Below, one piece after another: positions 51,601 through 62,700 of a stretch of DNA of 64,000 nucleotides. The notes beneath the pieces are model-generated. The model did not search any database and was not told the origin of the DNA. It was given only the letters and a program-made list of their open reading frames with translations. A program made the translations under genes and the position numbers. This DNA is from Azolla caroliniana. Lineage: Eukaryota > Plantae > Polypodiophyta. The stretch is taken from positions 62,001-126,000 of the forward strand of contig JBHGNT010000031.1 in the NCBI GenBank assembly GCA_043228905.1, written 5' to 3'. The first letter of the stretch is position 1. The number at the start of each line of letters is the position of its first letter.

Positions 51601-54600
51601 TGGTTTCCATGCTCCAACACTTCGGACTATCGGATGGCTTCTAGGCAGAGGCCGTACTAACAATAGTACACATAATCAATATGTTGCCGAGTAGGCCTCT
51701 AGGACTTCGGATACCTTAGGAATTATGGACCGAAAGTAGGCCGAATTACGACAAGCTGAGGATTTTCGGATGTGAGGCATATGTCCTCATTCCGAAAGAT
51801 GATCGCCGCAAACTTGCACCATGGTCCAAGAAATGTATTTTCCTCGGTTATGGACTAGATGGAAAAATGGGATACTGACTATGGGACCCCGAATACAGAT
51901 AGATTGTCCAAAGTTCGGACCTCGTGTTCAATGAGACGACCATGCATCAATCGGTCAAAAAGCCGATCGAAGTCCGAAGGGTAATTTTTTCCGATGTGCC
52001 AACCCTTCACGAAGGCCCAACGCACAACACACGGTCAGCTTCACGGGTAGTTGAACCTTCAAACACCAACTCGGAGAATTTTGACTCGGCACAATTGAAT
52101 GATTCGGCTCTGGACCATTCGACCACGACACCCGATGCGACTAGTCAAGTCATACGTCGAAGATCCGAGAGACTGTCGCAACCCCCGGAGAGATACTCTC
52201 CTGGCATCTTCTTTACGGACACCGGAGAACCGACGTCATACGAAGAAGCATCGGCGTCAGCTGATTCGACCACTTGGCATCTGGCAATGGAGTCCAAAAT
52301 GAACTCCATTCACGCAAACAAGACTTGGGACCTGGTCGAATTACCGTAAAATCGACGTGCTCTTCCTGGCAAGTGGGTCTATCGAATTAAGGAGACGTCC
52401 GATTCAGCCAACCCAAAATTCAAAGCCAGATTAGTAGCAAAGGGTTTTTGATAGGAACACGACGTCGATTTCGATGAAATGTTTTCGCCAGTGGTGAAAA
52501 TGACAACCCTTCGATTAATGCTCGGCATAGTGGCAGCCGAAAATTTGGAGCTGATTCAGCTAGATGTCAAAACGGCTTTCTTCCATGGTGATCTTGAGGA
52601 GGAAATTTATATGGAGTAGCCAAAAGGCTTTGTGGCATCCGGCCAAGAACATCTAGTCTACCGAATCAGGAAGAGTCTTTACGGCCTGAAACAGGCGCCG
52701 CGACAGTGGTACAAGAAGTTCGACGATTTCATCCAATTGATCGACTTCTCAAAGAGGGATGAGGATCATTGTCTCTTCACGAAAACAACTCTAGATGTAT
52801 CACCCATCTTCCTCATCATCTACGTGGACGACATGCTAATCTTTGGACGCCACGTTGCCGAACTAGCCGAACTCGTTCGGCAATTGCAGTTGAAGTTTAC
52901 CATGAAGGATCTCGGTCCGGCACGACACATTCTTGGTATAAAGATAAGTCGGAATCGTAATCAACGACAATTGTCTCTGTCCTAGTTCGACTACATTGAA
53001 CGTGTCCTCGAACGCTTCAACATGCAATCGGTGAAATCTACCTCTACCCCGCTCCCTATGCAGACTCGGCTATCTCAACGAGACTGCCCGACATCTGGTC
53101 CGGAGGGGGAAATATGAAGTCGGTACCGTATGCACCGACAGTTGGCTTCCTAATGTACGCGATGGTCGCGGCACGACCTGATACCGCTCATGTCGTTGGA
53201 GTCGTCAGCAAATTTATGCATAATCCCGACCAATTGCACTGGAATGCAGTCAAGCATGTGTTTAGATATCTGATGGGCACAAAAGACCTTGGTATTCTAT
53301 TCGGCCTGAACGACATCTCAAGTGTAGTCGGATACACCGACTCAGACTTTGCAGGTTGCATAGGTAACCGTAAATCGACAACAGGATATTGTTTTAAACT
53401 CGTCAATGGAGCGATCTTGTGGAAATCGAAACTTCAGGAGTGCACCGCCACATCAACAACCGATGCTAAATATGTAGCCCCCGCTCCAATTGTGTAAAGT
53501 GACAGTCAGGGTGTTGTTGCTCTTTTGAAAAATCCAGTTCATCACAATGCCTCCAAGCATATCGATGTTCGATATCATTTCGTTTGGGACTATGTCATTT
53601 CAGGGAAAATCGGCCTTGAGAATGTACCTATAGCCGATAACATTGCAGACACAATGACCAAGTGTCTCCCAGTGGATTGATTTCGATCCCTTTGGCTTCG
53701 AATGGGCATAATGAAGAATCAGTTCGATTAAATCGGACACTCAAGACGTTTCTCGGACAATAGACCTTGGATAGTTCGAACTTCGGCTTTAGTCTCTCCG
53801 AACTCAGCCAATCCGGCCTTCTGCTCTTCGGAGTTCACCGACTCGAACGAATTCTCGATTGTTCGTAAAACTTGTATCAATCTGTATCGTACATTCATTT
53901 CGGTCTACAAATTTCAGATGTAGATGCCCATTACGGGGGAGTGTTGAATACGGGTTTCTAATGGACGTATTCACACCATCTCCTTTGTACAAACTAGACT
54001 TAGGCTATTTATGTAAATAGTAAGAAGGGCAGTTGCCCTAAGTTAGTCAACTTATAAACTGACTTTGTAACCCAGTTAGTGTTGGTTGCTGTAAGTGGTA
54101 ATATGCTTGTTACATTGTGCCTATCTGTTTCTCTCTCTCTCTCACGTACTAGTTGTATTGTTTTGTCTTTGTTGCCATCAAAGTTACAATCCTGCATCCA
54201 TTCGCGATCCTATCCTAGAAGAGTGTCGATCTTGTTTCCCATTAGATGACGGTGATCCCAACATTAAGTATATAAGAGAGAGGTGAGAGAGAGTGAGAGG
54301 GAAAGAGAGAGAGCCTAGATGGATGTGGCTCAGTTGGTAAGGTTGCACCAGGAGGTCATGGGTTCGACCCCCACATTCCACAAAGATGGCATCTGGTGAA
54401 TTAAAAAGAGATATGTCTTAAGTATATAAGAGAGAAGTGAGAGAGAGCTCAGTAGTAAGGTTGCCCAATGGATTCCACAAAGATGGCATCTGGTGAATTA
54501 AAAAGAGATACTTATTAAGTACATAAGAGATGTGATAGAAAGAGTACCTTGGTAAGGTTGCCCAATGGAGACCAAGAGGTGGCATCTAGCGAATTAAAAA

Positions 54601-54636
54601 GAGATATGTATTAAGTACATAAGAGAGAGGTGAGAA
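48695..54636 (+). repeat. Tandem array (4 units, ~90-160 bp) of tRNA-derived SINE-like units, interrupted by the Copia element
   Basis: Shared unit ...GGTAAGGTTGC...ACCAAGAGGTC.TGGGTTCGACCCCCACATTCCACAAAGATGGCATCT..TGAATTAAAAAGAGATATGTATTAAGTA.ATAAGAGAG occurs at 48695-48777(+54269-54312), ~54313, ~54446 and ~54546, each unit with different deletions. A-box TGGCTCAGTTGG at 54326-54337 and B-box GGTTCGACCCC at 54361-54371. Confidence 0.75.
48778..54263 (+). mobile_element. Full-length Ty1/Copia LTR retrotransposon, coding region decayed
   Basis: 5' LTR 48778-49097 and 3' LTR 53942-54263 (TG...CA, about 18 substitutions and a 2-nt indel by manual count). TSD TTAAG at 48773-48777 and 54264-54268. 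PBS TGGTATCAGAGCC (tRNA-iMet) at 49100-49112; PPT GGGGGAG at 53935-53941. Domains in Copia order, with many stops: gag (KFDGSNFNFWK, CNYCKKPGHIKADC), protease (WLLDSG), integrase (VHSDVCGP), RT (LYGLKQAPRQW, YVDDML), RNase H (GYTDSDFAG). Confidence 0.96.
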
Positions 54637-56313
54637 AATGGGGCGTCGAACCCTACAAGATGTAGTGCTTGTAGTGTAACAACTTCCCAATTATGATAAG
54701 AGAGAGAGGCCTTAAATTATGTCTTCTAAGAGCAAAATTGGCCCAAGAGAGAGAGATGTTAATATCGTCTTCGGTGATCAATAATGACTTGTGAGACATG
54801 TGAATGCAACAAATTTTGATGTTCAAGAAATTTACCAATAAATGTCACTATTGAGTGGATACTAACTATCAGAGAAATTCAAGCAAGGATTTAATCTGGT
54901 CAAAGATGTGCAGAAAGGCGGTGTGTCAAAGTGTGATATTTAGACTCTCAAACGTGTTTAGGACAAAAAATGCCCATTGTTGATTAGTTTGATCTCCTAT
55001 GCCCTCATGTCATGCCATGATACATTAGTGTTGCAAAAGTGCCTCATCCATAAAGGAATCTATCGATGAATCTAAAAGCAAGTGGTTTATATCCCATCTT
55101 CCAAACCATTTTTATATATCTTGTATCCAATCAGAAGACAAAAAATTGCTTTCACATGCACACACACAATAAAATAGAATGATATTTTATTGTCCATGAT
55201 GAGGCCAATTTTGACCTATGGGACCAAATCAACATATCATTTTGTATGTGACTCCTTCCGACAAAAGGGAAATTTGAGTATAATACGTTGTCATGATGGT
55301 CTAACATGTGATAAGTAAGTGATATTCATCCTCATCTAGGTTTTCATTGCATACCTTGCATATCTTCATATTTGAGTGATAGTGCCATGTTGCTACCTTT
55401 AGAGAGAGAGAGAGAAAGAGGTTAGGAAAGTCAAAAATAAGGTTTAAGAGAAAATCCTTGCCAATACACTTAGTATTAAAAGCTTATCCATCTTCTTCAT
55501 TGAAAATGCACTCTCTGATGGAAAAATGACCATGAAAGGATGATTAAACAAGTGTTACCAAGTACAATATTTATGGTCACAATCACTTGTTTATGAGTGT
55601 TGTCACGTAAGTGACCCTAGTCAGGGATCGCTAAGGTTATCTTAACACCATTTAATACAAAAGTGAGGAAGGTGACAATATGGTGCCATATAGGATCTTC
55701 ATTTTGGCTAATACGGGGTTGTAATCCTCATGTAGTAACATTTGTGACAAGAAGTTATAATCCCATAATTGTGTTGCAAGCGACAGTTATGCCTTATGAA
55801 TGACATTTTTCCAGTATTCCATTATTTGTTATTATTTTCATAAACCATAAAACATGCATTTGTATCTCAAGCATGAGGACACAATTGAGAAACTTAAGCT
55901 TGAGAGATCTAATCCTAAGTGGAAGCTAAATCCTTGTGATATGATATGATGTGCCTTTTCCTATACATTCTAAAATAGTTAGGGTGAATTACATGTCACT
56001 ACCTCTTTGAGAAACGTTGCTTTGATGATACAATAGAGAGCAAAAAGGTTTTAGATAGTAGGTATGTATATCTTTCTGCACATTAAACAACAACTATGAA
56101 ACATGAATTGCGAACCCTATCTCATGTAAAAAAGTTGAACATGATGCTTTACAAATTTGTATGCTAGATGTAGTGTGGAGTGTGATACATGTCACATGAA
56201 ATTGTTAAACATGATGATACAAAACCATCGATGCCACATTGATTAGATTCAAGAGAGCTCTTGGTGGAGGGAGGTGTGATAGAGAAGCGATAGTGATGAG
56301 TTGGATGTGTGTG

Positions 56314-56317
<4 letters not shown>

Positions 56318-56367
<50 letters not shown>
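56318..56367. repeat. (GA)n microsatellite
   Basis: Long pure GA run. Similar runs occur at ~18329-18367, 20013-20036, 27858-27877 and 30911-30940. Confidence 0.9.
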
Positions 56368-56369
<2 letters not shown>

Positions 56370-56932
56370 CCAATGTGCTCCTAAGGTCCAAACCAAACAC
56401 ATTGAAGTCTTAATCTTCATTGTGATCATCGAAAAGGCAACATAAAAGGTATCGATAAGGGATATCCTACAACGGTCCAAATCAAGCACATGGTAGTCTT
56501 AATCTTCATTGTGGCGAAACAAAAGGCTATTAGTTTCTCAACCTTTTGCACTCATTACACCTCTCTACTTTTCCACTTTAACTAATTATAGGCAAATACA
56601 ATACCATATGGGGTTCTTCTTGCGGCTTGTCTCAACTAGCTTGGCCTAGCCTATAGGGCTCTTCTTGTTTCTTCCAAAATAGAAGTTGTTCATATGTTGA
56701 AACTTCAACCTTATCTCACCTATGAAGTGACCTTAGTTTCACCTTATCTCACCTATGAAGTGACCTTGTGTAATCGATCACCTAGAATAGCTGGCTTGTC
56801 ATACTAGTTTTATATCGTGAGATCGAAACTCGGCAAGATTAAAACACACCACCTTCAAGTGATGAAATAATGAAATTACTAATAATCACTATACCATTCA
56901 ATCATGCGACATTATTCATGCCTGATAGAAGG

Positions 56933-57149
56933 TAAATCTTTGGTCTAAAATCTTTAAAGATCATGATTGAATTTAAAAACCAATCATGATCGTAATCTCA
57001 TCATTTAAATGTGATGTGAATAACATTTGATTGTCATAAATCTTTGGTCTAAATCTTTAAAGATCATGATTGAATGAAGTGATGATTTAAAAACCAATCA
57101 TGATCATAATCTGATCATTTAAATGTGATGTGAATAACCTTTGATTGTC
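56933..57149. repeat. Tandem duplication, ~104-bp period, 2 copies
   Basis: TAAATCTTTGGTCTAAA..TCTTTAAAGATCATGATTGAAT...TTTAAAAACCAATCATGATC...TCATTTAAATGTGATGTGAATAAC.TTTGATTGTC x2. Confidence 0.88.
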
Positions 57150-58025
57150 GTAGTCGTGAGTCCACTTGAGTACCTTTGCCATTCTCATACATTTTAAGTG
57201 AAGATAAGAAAATGGCACTTAAACTTTGCCATAATTATGGAGAAAACCAAAAAGCCACAAATACTAAAAAAGTTAAAATGTCGACTATATGTGGACCAAT
57301 GCACGAAACCCTTTCCCATTTGTTCTTGACTTGTCCAAAGCACAAAAAATGCATTCTAGCACAACAAACCTTGCACACACAACAAACCATGCACGTGGAA
57401 AAGATGATGATACAAAAGTTGAGAATATAACTAAGAAGATGGGAAGAACTCCCAAAGAGACAGACCATGAGACTTGGTTGGAGATGATTGCCCTCACAAC
57501 ATTGCTTTGATGCAATAAGAAGTTTTTATATGGATTAAGTATATACTTCCCACATTCATACATGCATCCATTTTTATTTTTATTTTGTACATTGTATCCT
57601 ATGTACTCAAGACTTATTTTAAAGTATGTGTACAAATGAGACATGATTAGAGAATACTATTTGTTTGAATTGGGCATATGGAGTCATATAATGTTCATCG
57701 ATGTCCGAGAGTGCTGCCAATTGCATCGACGAAGCGTGCTTGAGCGCATATTGTCATTACATATGTATGTTGTGTATGTATGTATGCATACTATATAGTA
57801 TGTAGTGTATGTGTAATATGTATATGCATGCATGCATGTATGTAATGGATGAATGTATGTATATGTTATCATCATATGTCATTTTGCCACATCAATGTTC
57901 CCTTTGTATAGAAGTATATATGTAAAGTTGGGAGAGTAAAGCAGCGCATATTTGTTCTGTCACTGATTTCTAAGTGAGCTACTTGCTACTACAACTACTA
58001 CCCTTCTACTTCTAGCAGTGGTGGT

Positions 58026-60535
58026 ATGCTAATGAAGAATGAGGTTGTATGTACACATAATCTCACCCATGATAGTGGTGGTGGTGGTGATGGAGGTGCA
58101 GATGCTCATCACTCTTCTTCCTCCTCCTCCTCCTCTTGTCATGTAACCACAGACCTCCAACCCCTCCCTGTGCCCACTGAAGCTGCCCTCAAATTAACCT
58201 CTTCTTTACCATCAAACTTAGCGAGGGCGGGGCTCGATAAGTCGGTACCAGTCCATGACCATGACCAATACCAATACCAAGACCAAGACCGAGGGCTCAG
58301 CCGGAGCTTCCGGATGTCTGTCATTCTCGCGTCCGTGCTCATGATGGCGGTCGTAGTCCTCTGCCTCACGGTCGTGCTTCCCCGCACCGCCAGGAAGCAC
58401 GAGAGCGAGTTGAACCGCAAATCCCAATTCTATGTCTTTGGAATCGATCCTAGAAGAGGCGACCATTTCTCGGATATTCCGAGCTACCTCAATTTCGCAG
58501 TCGGAACAGTTCCTAATTTGCAGCGCCGCCACCGGAAACATGAAATTCCTCCGCAGGAGCTGCCTCCGGTGGTGGCTGCCCTAATTTCGAAAGCCTGCGG
58601 GGCCACACTTTTGCCGCAAGTCTGCCGAATGTCCCTCGAGTCCGATCCTGCCACTCGATCCGCCACATCTCTGCTCTCCATCATCGACATAGCTCTCGGA
58701 ATCTCTCGATCTCAGATCCTCTCATGTATCTCCCTTTCCGATGCTTTGCTCCACTCCTCCGCCGCCGCGTTCAATGCCAATCTCACCGATGCTGCCCGCG
58801 AATGCTCCTACCTGCTTAACAGAGCTGAGAGCTTCCATGGCCAATCGAAGGCCACTTCATTGCTGATCCAGAAGCCATGGCAAGTGGCTGACTCTCAAGC
58901 ATGGATGAGCGCCGCCCTCACTTATGCGAACGATTGCCGCTCTGCGCTCAGCTATGTCAATGTGACCACATCTGTGGACTACCTGATGGGGCAAGTGAGC
59001 TATGCCATTAACCTGACCAGCAATGCCCTGGCCATGATCGGTGCAGTGAGAGCGGACAATGGAGATTGGGCACCGCCTAATCGGCTCAGCCTCTACAGTG
59101 CTGTAGCACCGCCGCCTCCCTCCAGCGGCTCTGCGAATCGCTGGTGCTATCAGAGGGCTTCCGCCACCGTGGCGAAGGATGGAAGCGCAGATTATAGCAC
59201 AGTGCAAGCTGCTGTGGATGCGGCGCCGGATGGAGGGAGCGAATGGTACACCATCCACATAAAGGAAGGAGTTTATGAGGAGATCGTTAGGGTTCCGCCA
59301 TCAAAGAAGAGGCTGGCGATGGTGGGGGATGGGATGGGGAGGACGGTGATCACAGGGAGCTTGAATGCACAGATGCCGGGCGTGACCACATATGACACAG
59401 CCACAGTGGGTAAGAAAGACCATACCATACCATACCATACCATACCATATATATATATATATATATATATATCCAGAAGCCCTTCTCTGTGATCTTTGAT
59501 TCTGTCGGGCCATATATATACCTGTTTTTACCACAAATTCTAAACCCTAAACCTAAATTCTCATGCATGATACTTTAATCTTTGATTCTGTAGGGCCATA
59601 TATGTATATTTATATATATATATATATATGTTTTTGCCACATACTGTAAACCCTAAACCCTAAATTCGCATGGAGGATACTTTAATCTTTCATTTTGTAG
59701 GGCCATATCTGTTTTTGCCACCATACTGTAAACCCTAAACCCTAAATTCGCATGCAGGATGCTTTAATCTTTGGTTTTGTAGGGCCATATCTGTTTTTGC
59801 CACCATTCTGTAAACCCTAAACCCTAAATTTGCATATGCTCAGGTGTGGGCGGAGATGAATTCATGGCGGTGGGGATGACATTCGAGAACACGGCGGGGG
59901 CCGCGAAGCACCAGGCAGTGGCCCTGATGGTCGACAGCGACTTCTCGGCCTTCTACAACTGCTCCTTCCTTGGCCACCAGGACACGCTCTACGCTCACTC
60001 GCTCCGCCACTTCTACCACGGGTGCCGGATCGAGGGCACCGTAGACTTCATCTTCGGGAACGCGGCGGCCGTGTTCGAGGCGTGTGAAATCATCTTCCGG
60101 CCCGGCTTGTTGCCTCCCGGGCCCGGTTCTGGCTCGACCACAAGCATGGCCACAGCCCAAGGCCGCACCGACCCCGGTGAGACCACCGGCCTCGTGTTCC
60201 ACCATTGCACTTTAGACGGGACCCCCGAGTTCCGGCAACAATGGGCGGCCGGACGCAACCATGCCTATTTGGGCCGCCCTTGGAAGCTCTTCTCGCGCAC
60301 CGTGTTCTTGGAGTGCTCACTCCCCGACTTCGTGGAGCCCCAAGGCTGGTTGCCTTGGAGAGGCGACTTCGCCCTCTCCACACTCTTCTATGGCGAGTTC
60401 CTCAACACCGGACCGGGTGCCCGGCCGGCCTCTATCCGTGTGCCGTGGTCCCAACAACTCACATATGAGACCGCATCACTCTTTTCCGTCGATCCTTTCA
60501 TACAAGGCGACCGGTGGCTCCCTTCTAGCCCATAG
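58026..60535 (+). CDS. Pectin methylesterase with an N-terminal TM anchor and PMEI pro-domain (group 2 / type I PME); exons 58026-59409 and 59844-60535
   Basis: TM segment SVILASVLMMAVVVLCLTVVL. PMEI Cys pattern (KACGATLLPQVC, AARECSYLL, AWMSAALTYANDC). PME motifs VAKDGSADYSTVQAAVDAAP, HQAVAL, QDTLYAHS, GTVDFIFGNA, YLGRPWK and YGEFLNTGPGA. Phase-1 GT-AG intron 59410-59843 joins TATV-G-VGGDEF; stop TAG at 60533-60535. Confidence 0.93.
59492..59843. repeat. Intronic minisatellite (4 units, ~80-107 bp) containing the telomere-like AAACCCTAAACCCTAAA
   Basis: Units start at ~59492, 59578, 59685 and 59767 with consensus ATCTTT.ATT.TGTAGGGCCATAT...TGTTTTTGCCAC...CTGTAAACCCTAAACCCTAAATTCGCATG. Preceded by (CCATA)n and (AT)n. 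Confidence 0.88.
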
Positions 60536-61285
60536 GAACCAAGCTCAAGTCTCCGATTTTGTACATATTCATTCCTATACCACTCTCTTTGCTACATGTT
60601 TCCTAGGATATGATGGCGTTTGGCTACTTTCAAAACAATGCTTATTCAAGCCACATGCTCCCTCCCTAGAAGTCAAATTTACGAAGCAAGTAAATCCATT
60701 TTTATATGTCATCCGAGATTCGCAATGTTTCATTGTCGATTCTAGATGGATCAATTTCGTTCTCGTCCTTAGAAGACGTCAAATATGACCCGTGGGACCA
60801 AAAGTAAGACATTGTCACGTGGTATGTATGGAATTTACAATGATGCTCAATGTTCAAGAATTCTACTAATGAATAGTGCAAGTGAAAGTTCTAACGAGTT
60901 GAAGTGACCTAATTCATCTTCCCAACACACACATTGAGAGAGAGAGAGATTCACCTATAATTGCACACCTCACTTTTGAATTTATAGAGAGAACAAGACA
61001 CACAATCCCTCACTCAAATCACAATTCATGCTATGATAGTGTAGTAGCTCCTTTGAAATTTGGATGTACATCATTCATGCCGACTTTAGTCACTTGCCAC
61101 CCTTTCGATAATAGTATGGAGTCCATATCAATATGTAGATTCAACATATGTTTATGCCAAGCATTGTAATGCACATGGTTGTTCCTTAAATTGTAAGGTT
61201 GTCTAACTAACACTAGAAGAAGGTCACACTTTCAACCCTTACATTCTACAGTGGCATCTAGTCAATTGTGCTTTCCTATACAATA

Positions 61286-61605
61286 ACTAGTCTAACACTT
61301 AACTTCAATGGAGTCAGACAAGATGGATAGATGTAACTAATAGTTCTCTCATATACAAAAACTAGTCTTAACACTCATATTTTCAGAAAAATGTGATAAG
61401 ATAGGTAGGTGTAACTACTAGTACTCTCTTGAACAACACTAGTGTGACACTCATATCGTAAAAAGAGTCCAATAGGACGGATAAGTATGACTTAGTAGTG
61501 CTCTCCTACACAAACACCTGTTAGTACTTGAGCTCAATAGGACGGAGAAGTATGACTTAGTAGTGCTCTCCTACACAAACACTAGTTAGTACTTGAGCTG
61601 ATAGA
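61286..61605. repeat. Degenerate tandem array, ~65-78-bp period, ~4.5 units
   Basis: Units begin ACTAGT/ACCTGT at ~61286, 61361, 61438, 61516 and 61581. The 3rd and 4th units share AATAGGACGGA.AAGTATGACTTAGTAGTGCTCTCCTACACAAACAC almost perfectly. Confidence 0.7.
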
Positions 61606-62208
61606 CAATTAATTAATATATTGAGATGTTTACAAGTAAGTTCATTTGATTTGCTAAAACTTTGGAAATAAGTTGTGAGATGGCATCTTGAAGACTATTT
61701 GGACATGCATGTGAGTAATTCTATCTAATGACCATCACTATCGAATCCTTTTTACTTTGAAGTTACTTGACTTACATCTCATACCATACACTCCAATAGA
61801 TTTTGCATGTTGGCCTCCATCTTGTAACGAGGGTTTAATTCTTCTTTAAAGTGGTCCATCTTATGCGACGTATCATGAACCCCACCATCAAACTAGATCC
61901 ATCTAATGAATCAATCAACTCCTAGAAGTCATATTTGTAGTAATTTTTTATGTTGATTCCATGTGTGATTGAAAAATACATCATGTTAACCTTGAGGTTC
62001 TTTGACAATGAGTATACCATATTCAAATCTTGTAATCAAGGTTCTCCCTAGTTCTAAGCTTTATTCTACATTTCAGTATGGTTGATGATCCAAATGTGAA
62101 TTGGACATGTGGTTGTTGCAAACATAGCATCTCATAGAATGGCATTGACACTATAGATAGCTAGATAGAATTTATTATCGTCCTCATGGGTCAAATATGA
62201 CTCATGGA

Positions 62209-62700
62209 TAGGAATTGGTAACGGTTCAATTTGAGAGTGTCAAACTCAAACAATAAAAAAATCTGTAACTTAAACCAAACCAAACCACGAAACCATTTTA
62301 ACCGACCCATTACAAAAAATTCAAGCTCAAACCAAATGGTTTTAGAGACTTTCAAACCTTTGAACCATAGTATGAACCATACGTGCATTCGCATTCACGA
62401 ATGTTTCAATCATTCGAATATGGTAAACACCCTCGAAGAATGGTAAATACCATACTTTTGGATTAACTATTTATTATGAGGTAAATAAATCGATAAAAAG
62501 GAAAAAAACTTTAAAAAGGGGGGAAAAAACAAAAAAAACACACAAGAATGTTTGAACAACATTCGCATTCGTTTTCCAATGTGGGAAAAGGAATGTTATG
62601 CTAGACGAACACGAATTTTACGTACTTTGCTTTAAATTATTAAAACCGTGGTTTTGCAGTTCGGTTTTGGTTTTCAAGTTAGGTCAAAATTCAAGTTAGG
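62209..62700. mobile_element. hAT-type MITE (family of 32598-32974, inverted, partial) with a second MITE nested at 62366-62629
   Basis: Outer end TAGGAATTGGTAACGGTTC; 62641-62692 matches the reverse complement of ~32790-32843. The inner element has imperfect TIRs CATAGTATGAA / TTACGTACTTTG, a near-TSD CTTTGAAC / CTTTAAAT and CATTCG repeats. Confidence 0.65.

Noticed and set aside
54321-54380. Functional tRNA gene
   Set aside because: A and B boxes are present, but the anticodon arm is deleted or unpairable in every unit. Treated as a tRNA-derived repeat.
61286-61605. CRISPR-like array
   Set aside because: Eukaryotic context, no cas genes, and the units are homologous throughout rather than constant repeats with unique spacers. 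The same applies to the 54264-54636 array.
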